Shown: one piece after another, positions 45,505-54,152 of the stretch
Position numbering within the stretch: position 1 is the stretch's first letter
How the letters are laid out: the number at the start of each line of letters is the position of its first letter
From: a virus
Virus record (IMG/VR): IMGVR_UViG_3300031234_000818
Length of the DNA: 64,000 bases
Strand: one strand, 5' to 3'
Translations under genes and position numbers: made by a program
Notes under the pieces: model-generated
The model's database searches: none
Told to the model about the DNA's origin: nothing
What the model saw: only the letters and a program-made list of their open reading frames with translations

Positions 45505-46497
45505 ATGGGATGCAAGGTCTTGCTGCTACACTTGGACGGGAAGCTGCCCAATGTGGCCCTGATGCGCATCGCGGCCCACCATCGCGCGCTGGGCGACGAG
45601 GTGGAGCTGCGGCACGCGCCCACGGTGGCCTCGGTGGAGCCGGAGATCCTCGACAGGCACGATCGGGTCTACGCCTCCTGCATCTTCGAGCGGACGCGCC
45701 CCGTTGCGGAGCGAGTGCTGCAGGCCCATCCAGGCGCCATGGTCGGCGGTACGGGTTTTGACGTTGTTCGAGGCTTGGAAGACGTGGGCATCGAGACCGA
45801 CGTGCAGGACTACGCGATCTACCCGCGCTTCCGGCAGTCGATCGGCTTCACGCAGCGTGGCTGCAGGCTGAAGTGCTCCTTCTGTGTCGTACCGCGCAAG
45901 GAGGGGCGCGTGCGAGGTGTCCAGACCGTCGAGCAGCTCTGGCGCGGGGCGCCGTGGCCTCGCGAGCTTCTTCTGCTGGACAACGACTTCTTCGGCCAGG
46001 ACGACTGGCGCGAGCGCGTGCGTGAGATGCGCGACGGCGGCTTCAAGGTGTGCTTCTCGCAAGGGATCAACGCGCGGGCGTTGACGGAGGAGACGGCGGA
46101 GGCGATCGGCGCGCTCGACTACCGCGACGATTCGATGAAGACCAAGCGGATCTACACGGCCTGGGACAACAAGAAGGACGAAGCGCGACTTTTCCGTGGG
46201 CTCGACCTCCTTGTGAAGGCTGGCGTCAAGCCGGACCACATCATGGTCTACATCCTGGTCGGGTACTGGGCGGGTGAGACGGCCGAGGACCGCGACTACA
46301 GGCGGCAGCGACTGAGGGACTTCGGGGCGCGTCCGTACCCCATGCCCTTCGTGCGGACGCAGGAGCTGGTGTCCTTCCAGCGATGGGTCATTGGCGCCTA
46401 CGACAAGAGCGTCCCCTGGGCGGACTGGTGTGCGGCCCGCGGTTCGCCGCGGAACCTGACTGTGGGCTCGCAGCAGCGGTCACTTCCTCTCTACTGA
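45505..46497 (+). CDS. Radical SAM (Fe-S) protein inside the array
   Basis: RGCRLKCSFCVV (CX3CX2C); N-terminal LDGKLPNVALMRIAAHH; LLDNDFF. Confidence 0.9.
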   Translation: MGCKVLLLHLDGKLPNVALMRIAAHHRALGDEVELRHAPTVASVEPEILDRHDRVYASCIFERTRPVAERVLQAHPGAMVGGTGFDVVRGLEDVGIETDVQDYAIYPRFRQSIGFTQRGCRLKCSFCVVPRKEGRVRGVQTVEQLWRGAPWPRELLLLDNDFFGQDDWRERVREMRDGGFKVCFSQGINARALTEETAEAIGALDYRDDSMKTKRIYTAWDNKKDEARLFRGLDLLVKAGVKPDHIMVYILVGYWAGETAEDRDYRRQRLRDFGARPYPMPFVRTQELVSFQRWVIGAYDKSVPWADWCAARGSPRNLTVGSQQRSLPLY

Positions 46498-47061
46498 GCA
46501 CCCGCGTACGCGCGGATGGACTCGACGTGAGCAAGCGCATCGCTCCACGCAAGCGAGGATGCCTCGCACCTTCACGCCGTCGCAACCGTGATCGCGTGAT
46601 CGCTGCGACCGTGTAAGCCACCGTGCATGCGCGGATGACCCGTCGGTCGCTCAGCTGCGGCTGGCCGCTACACGTGAGGGCCGCCGCGCGTCGCGCGGAT
46701 GGCCCACCTGGTTTTAGTTACGCGTCTCCGAACTCGTCGCTCGAACACGCGCACCCGCGCTCTGCGCGGATGACCCGTGAGTAGGCGGCCCATTATTCCC
46801 AGGGATGCTTGGACACCGCGCCATCGCGCGGATGCCTCGTTCGATGACCGCGCGACATTCGAGAGTCCCGTGTTACTGCCGCGTGCGCGCGGATGGCCCG
46901 TAGTTTGGCTGCATGGTCGCGTCAAAGACGAGTGCGCTGCCGCGCCAAGCGCGGAGGAACGAGTGCTGGCACGCATTCGCAGCGCGGTCTGCTAGATTGC
47001 GTTCGGTGAGCCTACGGAGACTGCAGGCGATGGTCCAAGGCTGGCTGGGAGGCAGATTGAC

Positions 47062-47238
47062 ATGTCCGAGCATGACTGGATGGTCGTCCTGAACGCGAAG
47101 AGCAAGGTCAACGCGACCAACGAAGCCCGAAAACGGCGCGAGCGTGGCGAAAATTCCAGGGCCCGAAGCATAGACGGCTACTGGGTCGTGGAAGTCTGGA
47201 CGGACGCCTACGGGCCGGACCATCTAATGCGCGGATGA
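47062..47238 (+). CDS. 58-aa hypothetical protein whose stop codon is supplied by a repeat
   Basis: gggagg RBS, MSEHDWMVVLNAKSK...; stop is the TGA of gcggaTGAac. Confidence 0.55.
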   Translation: MSEHDWMVVLNAKSKVNATNEARKRRERGENSRARSIDGYWVVEVWTDAYGPDHLMRG

Positions 47239-47246
47239 ACGCGCTC

Positions 47247-47277
47247 TGTTTGACCGACGGTCATACAATGGTAGGAT
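47247..47277 (+). promoter_or_regulatory. Promoter with TGAC-N5-GTCA palindrome (copy 2)
   Basis: tgtTTGACCgacggtcatacaatggTAGGAT; ATG at 47284. Confidence 0.6.
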
Positions 47278-47283
47278 CCGCCC

Positions 47284-47679
47284 ATGGCGATGGACTTCCA
47301 GTCGTTTCTCACGCGTGTGGTCCAAGACGGCATCGCTTCGGCGAAGACGGACTCGCAGTTGCAGTCGCATCCCAAGCGGTTGCGGGGGTCCATCAGCGGC
47401 TTCGAGTCCTGCCTGGGCAAGAATGCCGCGCAGCTGTGGGAACTCCTTGCGGACGCGAACCGCAAGGCATGGGACGTTCGTGTCGAGCAGGAAGACGACA
47501 AGGACAATACGTACGACATCGAGGACTACTGGGAAGCTCGGTACGTAGCAATCCAGGTTGAGTGGGTGTGCAACACCGTGTCGGCCGCGATGGCGAGCCA
47601 AGGCCACACGATCGTGCCACCGACGGCGCGCGGGTACATGAACGCCGCCCGTATCCTCGGTGTCGAAGGCGCAAACTAG
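47284..47679 (+). CDS. Hypothetical protein inside the array
   Basis: 131 aa; a repeat begins immediately after the TAG. Confidence 0.7.
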   Translation: MAMDFQSFLTRVVQDGIASAKTDSQLQSHPKRLRGSISGFESCLGKNAAQLWELLADANRKAWDVRVEQEDDKDNTYDIEDYWEARYVAIQVEWVCNTVSAAMASQGHTIVPPTARGYMNAARILGVEGAN

Positions 47680-48115
47680 GCGGTCCCGCGCGAGCGCGGA
47701 TGACCCGCGCGTGTGCGAGTTCGACGTCTTCTCCACTCAGCGCAGCACCAAGCGCGTAAGCGCGGATGAACCCGACACGTTCGACGGGTTACGCGTGGTG
47801 TGTCTCCGCGCGTTCGCGCGGATGAATCGGTCGACGGGATCGGCGCATGGTTCGATCCAACGCTTCCGCGCCAGCGCGGATGTACCGGCCAGGCGTCGCA
47901 CCGTAGGACCGTCCCTGTTCAGCGGCCGCGTGTGCGCGGATGGTCCTTGGGTCAAGCGGCCGGCAGCCGCGGAGGGCCTCAGGTAGCCCGCGCTACGCGC
48001 GGATGAACCTTGAACTCGGCCTATGAGGTGGAAGTCGGGCCGTACTCGCCGCGCTACGCGTGGATGAAACGTAAGCCCATGAGCGCGAGCATCGAGACAT
48101 GGTACGCTCGGGACC

Positions 48116-48337
48116 ATGCCGAAGGACGTTTTGTACGGCCCGATCCAGGCGCGTGGCTACGACGACATCACGCTCGTCGTCGAGCACGAGGCCTTCTTTC
48201 CCGACGGGACTTCGATGAAGATCCCGGCTGGAACGAAGCTCGTCATGACGTGCTTGGCTGGCGGTGGCGGTCCGACCGTCGAGTACCGGGGCGGTTGCGT
48301 CGAGAGAGCGGATGTGAAGCGGTCACCCGCTGCGTAG
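48116..48337 (+). CDS. Hypothetical protein inside the array
   Basis: 73 aa; a repeat begins immediately after the TAG. Confidence 0.6.
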   Translation: MPKDVLYGPIQARGYDDITLVVEHEAFFPDGTSMKIPAGTKLVMTCLAGGGGPTVEYRGGCVERADVKRSPAA

Positions 48338-48540
48338 GTTCCGCGCGTTCGCGTGGATGGACCGTTCGATAGAGTCACGGTGGTGCGACCCACCTTCCGC
48401 GCATCGCGCGGATGGACTGGTTTCAGCCCGCACGGCTACCAAGATCATCGGCGATGTCCCGTGCGATGCGCGGATGTCCCTTACTCAGGCATCCTCGGTG
48501 CGGCGTAGCGAGTTCGCCCGCGCTTGGCGCGGAGGCAGTC

Positions 48541-49170
48541 TCAGGCCGAGATGGTCGATGCGAAGCGCTGCAACGCGGCCTTGGCCTCACTGACGTTGTT
48601 GCGGCCCCAGAGTGGCTCGATGCGTGAGATCGGGCTGCCGTCGTTCACGCGCAGGTGGACGATGTGCCCGTCGAGAATCGCGTCCTTGAACTTCTCGACC
48701 CATTCGGTCTCGAAGTAGTTACGCATGTCGTTCGCCATGTCCGAGAGATCGCACTCGGACTCGTTGCCGTTCGTCCACACGGCTTGCACCATGGCGATGA
48801 TCGGGCCTGGCTTCGGCCCGCGACCCGTCTTGTAGTCCCTCGACTTGTCGACGCGCTCGTAGACCACGAAGGCCTTGAGGACGCGACACGTGCCTGACTC
48901 GCACTCGATGGGGTACTCGGCCGAGTCTTTTCTCGACCGATAGAGGTCGACGTACATGCCCGGCGTGAGCGTTCGGTACTGCGTCATGAGCGCGGCCAGG
49001 CATTCCTTCGAGCAGGCCATAGTGTTGGCCTGGTAGCCATGCACCCACACCCAGTCGTCCGGTGGAGGTCCGCCCTTGTGTTTGCGTCCTACGCGGTCGC
49101 AATGGGCGCATAGGCAGTCGACCATCGGGCCGAGATTCGTGTGCTTGGTGCAATCATGTGTGCAGTTCAT
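48541..49170 (-). CDS. Hypothetical protein with Cys-rich N-terminus
   Basis: Last gene of a leftward operon. Confidence 0.65.
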   Translation of the reverse strand: MNCTHDCTKHTNLGPMVDCLCAHCDRVGRKHKGGPPPDDWVWVHGYQANTMACSKECLAALMTQYRTLTPGMYVDLYRSRKDSAEYPIECESGTCRVLKAFVVYERVDKSRDYKTGRGPKPGPIIAMVQAVWTNGNESECDLSDMANDMRNYFETEWVEKFKDAILDGHIVHLRVNDGSPISRIEPLWGRNNVSEAKAALQRFASTISA

Positions 49171-49204
49171 GGTGTTCCTTCAAGCTGGGAGGTTGTCGCC
49201 ACCT

Positions 49205-50134
49205 TCACGCGGGCAGCGTCGAGCGAAACTCACCGAACGCGTTGACGGCGGTTCCCAGTAGCTCGCCCCGCAGGCACAGCTCGTCGCAGAGCATCATCCG
49301 GCGGTAGCCGACGTCGTGGAGCCATTGAAGCTCCAGGAAGTCGGCGCAGGACGGGACGGGCCCTTCGACGATGGAGAGGAGGAGGCGCGAGGCGACGCAG
49401 GCCTTGGGGTCCTTGTCGACGATGAGCCGGAGGGCCTGGGCGATCCGGTGGGGCCGGTCGATCTCGACGTAAAGGTCTCCGCGCGCGGCGACGAGGACGA
49501 GGTTGTCCCTCTTCTTGAACGTGTCGGCCACGTACGAGAGGCCACGCATGCTCTCGATCTTGAGCCAGACCTCGCTGTCTTTGCCTGCGAGTTCCAGGAA
49601 CTGGTCGATGTCGCGCTCCTCCTCGACGTAGGAGAGAAACCACTGCTTGAAGCCGGCCTTGCGGCACTTCTCGATCTTGAGCTTCTCCTCGGGGATGAAG
49701 AGATCGCCCAGGATGCGGAGGTTGGGGTCCCGGAGGTAGAGCGACTCACCGGCCTTGACCTTGTACCGGGGGCCGCCCTGGAAGACGAGGCGCTGGCCGC
49801 CTTCCTCCAGGTGGTCGAGCATGGCGTGGTCCGCCCCGCCCTTGAAGATGACGACGCTGGGCGTGGCCACCTCGACGGCGTGGTTCAGGCGGAGATCGAG
49901 GTGGTCGTCGTTCGGGATGACCTCGATGACGCGCGGCTGTCGGGCCTTCACGTCGAAGTAGAGGTCGACCTTCTGGATCTTCTTCTGCTCCTCGATGACC
50001 TTCAGCTCGTGGTCCAGCTCGGGATTGCTCATCATTGCGCTGTTCAGGCGGATGCCGCTCAAGCGGTCGTCCTGCACGAATCGCTCGTAGTGAGGGAAGC
50101 TTGGCCAGAGGGTGGCCAGGAGATCGACGCCCAC
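49205..50134 (-). CDS. Pyruvate-kinase-like barrel protein (no C-terminal regulatory domain)
   Basis: ATLWP, IRLNS, FDVK, LSYVE, LKIE..GL, ARGDLYVEI, ASRLL.S..PVPSCAD, MMLCDE align with PK motifs. Confidence 0.75.
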   Translation of the reverse strand: MGVDLLATLWPSFPHYERFVQDDRLSGIRLNSAMMSNPELDHELKVIEEQKKIQKVDLYFDVKARQPRVIEVIPNDDHLDLRLNHAVEVATPSVVIFKGGADHAMLDHLEEGGQRLVFQGGPRYKVKAGESLYLRDPNLRILGDLFIPEEKLKIEKCRKAGFKQWFLSYVEEERDIDQFLELAGKDSEVWLKIESMRGLSYVADTFKKRDNLVLVAARGDLYVEIDRPHRIAQALRLIVDKDPKACVASRLLLSIVEGPVPSCADFLELQWLHDVGYRRMMLCDELCLRGELLGTAVNAFGEFRSTLPA

Positions 50135-50137
50135 GGC

Positions 50138-51085
50138 CTACTTCCCCAGCAGGCCCTTGGCGGGCTTGGCATCGGGCAGGTGCATGACGGATTTGCCCTT
50201 GGCGGACTTGTGGGGCGGGAGCGTGCCGTGGACGGTCTTCAGGGAGGTGTAGACGGTGTCGACCTGGCCTGGGTCCTGGCGGCCTTCCAGCTCCTTGCGG
50301 AAGTAGTCGATGCGGTTGGTCTCCTTGGCGAGGATGCCGAAGATGACGTCGACGACGCGCTCGGGCGCCTGGAGGGCGACGACGTGGTCTTCGCCCAGTA
50401 GGCCAACCCACTGACGGTGGATGGGGCCGTCGTCCACGGCGTACGCCTTGCGCACGACGTAGACGGAGTACTTGCGTCGCAGCTCCTCGAAGATGTCGGT
50501 CGTGTCGATCCTGGACGTGGTGTTGACGTGGTTGGCGACGGCGTGAGCTTTCTCGACGTAGGGGTGCAGGCCTTCGTCGCCGATGAAGACGATGATGGGC
50601 TTGATGGCTTTGGGCATGGAGACGTTGCGGGCGTAGTAGAGCGCGGCCAGCTCGTAGCTTTCGCACTGGTCGCTGCCGCCGCCGCGCTCGATGACGAGCG
50701 CCTTGAGGTGCTCGGCGAGCTTGGTTCCCCTGTCGAAGGTACGGACCTGGAGCGGGTACTTGTCGCCCTGCGTGGCGTCGCCCACGGCGGCGAAGCTGAT
50801 CTCCATCTCCTCGCCCAGGTACTGTTTTCCCTCGATGTCGAGGTAGGGCAACTTCGAGAAGATGACGGCGGGCCACTCGCCCATCGAGCCGGTGACGTCG
50901 CAGACGACGACCAGGGGCGAAGGGCTGCTGGTGGACAGGGCCTCGGGCACGAGGTCCGCGGCCTTCACGCCTGTGGTCTTGGCGTCGCTGTAGCTACGCC
51001 CGGCGTGGGCGTCGTAGCTCGTGCGGGCCGCGGTGAAGTCGTGGCCCTTCCATTCGCCCGGATCGTAGTCAGACGTTTCGGCCAT
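50138..51085 (-). CDS. vWA-domain protein (copy 1)
   Basis: MIDAS-like DVTGSMG; GGG.D..ESYE; FIGDE. Confidence 0.8.
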   Translation of the reverse strand: MAETSDYDPGEWKGHDFTAARTSYDAHAGRSYSDAKTTGVKAADLVPEALSTSSPSPLVVVCDVTGSMGEWPAVIFSKLPYLDIEGKQYLGEEMEISFAAVGDATQGDKYPLQVRTFDRGTKLAEHLKALVIERGGGSDQCESYELAALYYARNVSMPKAIKPIIVFIGDEGLHPYVEKAHAVANHVNTTSRIDTTDIFEELRRKYSVYVVRKAYAVDDGPIHRQWVGLLGEDHVVALQAPERVVDVIFGILAKETNRIDYFRKELEGRQDPGQVDTVYTSLKTVHGTLPPHKSAKGKSVMHLPDAKPAKGLLGK

Positions 51086-51383
51086 GGGCGTCTCCCTCGG
51101 TCATGGGTGCGTACGGAACCTCCCATGGTCTTGGCTGGTCGTCGAAGTATTGGTCCTTGATGGGGAACCCGTTCTCCAGATCCCGCATGGCGTCGAGCGG
51201 CACCCATAGGATCTGACCGTCGGAAGTCTCGCAGCGGTAGCGCATGCTCTCGACGTGATTGTGGTAGCCCTCCCGCTGGTTGACCTCGACCTTGAACCGC
51301 AGGGTCCATCCTTCACGCTTCTTGAGGTAGTGCTCGTTCTCGGAGTCCGGTAGGACAACGAGGTACACGCTGCGAGTGTGCAT
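51069..51383 (-). CDS. Hypothetical protein
   Basis: Operon-packed; ggaga RBS. Confidence 0.6.
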   Translation of the reverse strand: MHTRSVYLVVLPDSENEHYLKKREGWTLRFKVEVNQREGYHNHVESMRYRCETSDGQILWVPLDAMRDLENGFPIKDQYFDDQPRPWEVPYAPMTEGDAHGRNV

Positions 51384-51397
51384 GAGGCGAGTCTCCT

Positions 51398-52399
51398 TCA
51401 GAGCCCTGGGATGGGCTTCATGCCGGTCCAGGTGCGTCCGAATGCTTTCTGTCTGATGTCGCGGAACATGTTGAAGAGGTCACCTCGTGGTCGCGCGAGG
51501 ATGTCGTGAGCGATGAGGCTCTTGACGAAGTCGCTGATGGGACCAGGGACGCTTGCCGGGACCTTGAGCTGTTCGACGGCCTTCATGTTGCCGCTGAGCG
51601 CGTAGATCATGAGCATGCCCAGGCTGTAGAAGTCGCTTTCTGGCAGGAGGGTCTTGCCGGCGAGCTGCTCGGGCGGTGCGAAGAATGGCGTGTAGCCCAT
51701 GGCTTTGGCCTTGGGGGCGGGCTTGACCATCGACAGGCCGAAGTCGACGAGCACGACCGCGTGGATGTCGGGTTGGACGATGATGTTCTGAGGCTTGATG
51801 TCGCCGTGGACGACGCCGTGGTGGTGCAGGTAGAGAAGGGCGTTGAGGATGCGGTCGACGATCCAGGCGACGGACTCGGGCTCGATCTTGCCGACCTTCT
51901 CGACCAGCTGCTCCAGCGTGAGCCCGGGGATGTAGCTCATGATGAGCGCCAGGCTTCCGTCTTCCAGCCGGTGCATGTCGCGCATGGCTGGGAGCGCGTG
52001 GTGGCGAAGATCCCAGATGGCCTTCGCCTCGGCGATGAGGACGGCGTCGTGGGCGGCTGAGACCTGCGAGCAGTGCTTGATGCACACGGGCTCGTCGTTG
52101 ATAGTCTGCTCGCCCTTGTACGTCGATCCGAAGCCTCCCTCGGCGATGAGGTCGAGCACGCGGTAGTTGCCCAGGATGGTACCTGCGGTTTTCGAGCGGG
52201 CGGCGAGATCGTACTTCTCGCGCTCCGCCGGGCTGGAGAGCACCTTGTAGGCCTTCGTGATGGCGTCGAAGGCGTCCTTGTCGCCGCCCTTGTCGGGGTG
52301 GTGGACGCCTGCGAGGGCATGGTACGCGGCCCTGATGACGACCTGGCTGGCCTGCGGGCTCACTTCGAGGATGCGGTAGTGCGGAAGCACGAGGGCCAT
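51398..52399 (-). CDS. J-domain fused to a Hanks-type Ser/Thr protein kinase
   Basis: HYRILEV...HHPDKGGD (HPD); GGFGSTY, CIK, HGDIKPQN, DFG, APPE. Confidence 0.9.
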   Translation of the reverse strand: MALVLPHYRILEVSPQASQVVIRAAYHALAGVHHPDKGGDKDAFDAITKAYKVLSSPAEREKYDLAARSKTAGTILGNYRVLDLIAEGGFGSTYKGEQTINDEPVCIKHCSQVSAAHDAVLIAEAKAIWDLRHHALPAMRDMHRLEDGSLALIMSYIPGLTLEQLVEKVGKIEPESVAWIVDRILNALLYLHHHGVVHGDIKPQNIIVQPDIHAVVLVDFGLSMVKPAPKAKAMGYTPFFAPPEQLAGKTLLPESDFYSLGMLMIYALSGNMKAVEQLKVPASVPGPISDFVKSLIAHDILARPRGDLFNMFRDIRQKAFGRTWTGMKPIPGL

Positions 52400-52420
52400 G
52401 TCGTCGTTGTCTCGGTGACC

Positions 52421-52450
52421 GTTATACCGCGTGTAAAACATGGTGGTCAA
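52421..52450 (-). promoter_or_regulatory. Promoter TTGACC-N18-TATAAC for the kinase operon
   Basis: -10 at 52421-52426, -35 at 52445-52450. Confidence 0.55.
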
Positions 52451-52624
52451 GCGACGCGTCCCCGAGAAAGCTGCGGCTGTTCATAGGGTCATCCTGCGCC
52501 GAGACAAGCGCGAGAGGCGCCGTTGGCCTGGGTACGCGACCGCGTGTAGAGTGTGGGCCCCGCGCGTTGCGGGTGTTCCTTGAAAACTCCCGCGTCGTGG
52601 TCCGCTCCGTGACGACAGCGGCCA

Positions 52625-53285
52625 CGTCCACCTCGCTTGCGAGGATGCCCCAACGTCGACGATTACCGCGCTGTTCGGTGATGGTGACCGCGCCGTGCGC
52701 GGATAGGCCAAACCTCGGCTCGTGAGCCATCGGTATGATGGTCGTGGTGCCCGCGCGTGCGCGGATGTTCCTGCACATTGCCAGGCGGCGCAGGAGTTCA
52801 TGCGTGGTCCCCAGCGCCTTCGCGCGGATGAGCCGAGGTTGGCGCTCCAGGCCGTGACGACCGTGGTCCGGCGCACGTTCACGCCCGAGCGATCCTGCGC
52901 GAGCGCGGATGGAGCGAAGACGCCAGCCGAGATGAGGGCGGAACAGGTCGTCGTCCGCGCGCGCGCGGATGCGCCGTACCCGCTTGTGCCGCCGACGTTG
53001 TTCACGTTCCGCGCCGCGCGTTGCGCGGATGGTCCGGTGCTGGACCTGACACGTGGAAGGCCCATGAGAGAGCCCGCGCTTGGCGCGGATGGCTCCGACT
53101 TTGGCGGCCACTAGGAGGTGCACATCGACTGCCCGTGCTCCACGTCTTGCGTGGATGATCCGAACCGGTGCAGAGCGTACGGCTGGCCGTGGTCGCGCCG
53201 CGCCATGCGCGGATGGTCCGATGTACGGGCTGGAGATGGTGGGGCGTTCGGACGTTATGGCCCGCGCGTTGCGCGGACAGGGTGT
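52625..53285 (+). CRISPR. Second degenerate array (~11 repeats) behind the duplicated leader
   Basis: Same core repeat, e.g. gtgcccgcgcgtgcgcggatgttcc at ~52747; ~60-70-nt period. Confidence 0.75.
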
Positions 53286-53289
53286 CTGG

Positions 53290-54141
53290 TCACGCGAAAA
53301 CGCGGACGCACTCCCGCATGGTGTTGTCGTGGATCTCCAGCACCTTGGGGATGCTTCCGTCTCGTTCGACCTGGTAGCCGCCTGCGAGGTTCCACGCGAC
53401 GGGGACCTTGCTTCCGGCCAGCGTCTCGAAGACGATGGCGTCACGCTGGCGTAGCTGGTCGGTCGTGAGCCAGCCACCTTGTGGATCGTCCACGTGTGGA
53501 TCGGCCCCCGCCTGGTAGAGGACGACGTCGCAGCTCTTCATGGAGGCGAGCACTTCGGGCAGTCGTTCGAAGAATGCAGGCGCGTGACCCGGATGAAAGA
53601 AGTGGCGCCCTCCAGTGAAATGGCAGACCCAGTCTTCCGCGCCACGCGCTCGGATGATGTGGTCGGTGCCGTTGCCGTAGTGCATATCGATGTCGAGGAT
53701 GCCGATGCGGTCGGCACCGTCGTGCTTCAGCGCGCAGGCGGTGACCATCAGGCCGTTGAAGGTGCAGAAGCCCTGGGCCTTGGCAAACTCCGCGTGGTGA
53801 AACCCGGAGCAAGGAGCTGCCGCCGCGCCACCGGACGAGAGGACGTGCCTGGCGGCGGAGAGCATCGCGCCCGATGTGTGCAGGAGCGAACGCGCGATGG
53901 TGAGCGACATGTTGCCGAACCCGTTGGGCTTCCTGCACTCCAGGATGTCCATCACGAACTGCCGGTCATGGGCCCTGGCGATGTCGTCGACGGTGACGGG
54001 CGTGGGCTCGATGAGGGCGACGGGGAACTGCTTCTGCCACGAGGCGACAACCTGTGCAGGCTTTGCGGCGCTTGGCGAGTAGGACTCGGAGTCCGCAACC
54101 ATCTTGGGCGTGTAGAAGACGGGAATGGTGGCTGCAGGCAT
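53290..54141 (-). CDS. Zn-dependent histone-deacetylase-family protein
   Basis: GFHHA...GFCTFN, LDIDMHYGNGT, AGADPH.DDP.G, GGY. Confidence 0.92.
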   Translation of the reverse strand: MPAATIPVFYTPKMVADSESYSPSAAKPAQVVASWQKQFPVALIEPTPVTVDDIARAHDRQFVMDILECRKPNGFGNMSLTIARSLLHTSGAMLSAARHVLSSGGAAAAPCSGFHHAEFAKAQGFCTFNGLMVTACALKHDGADRIGILDIDMHYGNGTDHIIRARGAEDWVCHFTGGRHFFHPGHAPAFFERLPEVLASMKSCDVVLYQAGADPHVDDPQGGWLTTDQLRQRDAIVFETLAGSKVPVAWNLAGGYQVERDGSIPKVLEIHDNTMRECVRVFA

Positions 54142-54152
54142 CGGGCCGGAGT

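Larger units (their letters stand above)
41502..48540 (+). CRISPR. Degenerate continuation of the array (~75 diverged repeats at ~60-65-nt period), interrupted by genes
   Basis: Exact repeats at 41679 and 41741, then CCGCG-N4-6-CGCGGATG variants in blocks at 41502-42977, 43100-44011, 44410-45427, 46498-46960 and 47681-48540. Confidence 0.8.

Noticed and set aside
40654-48627. Track ORFs full of RARACADG / ARARM repeats
   Set aside because: Translations of the CRISPR-like repeats, not repeat proteins.
40644-53285. REP/BIME or simple tandem-repeat interpretation, and nearby cas genes
   Set aside because: Unique 32-33-nt spacers and the I-E-like ends fit CRISPR better. No flanking ORF shows Cas1, Cas2, Cas3, Cas6, RAMP or RuvC motifs that I can recognise.
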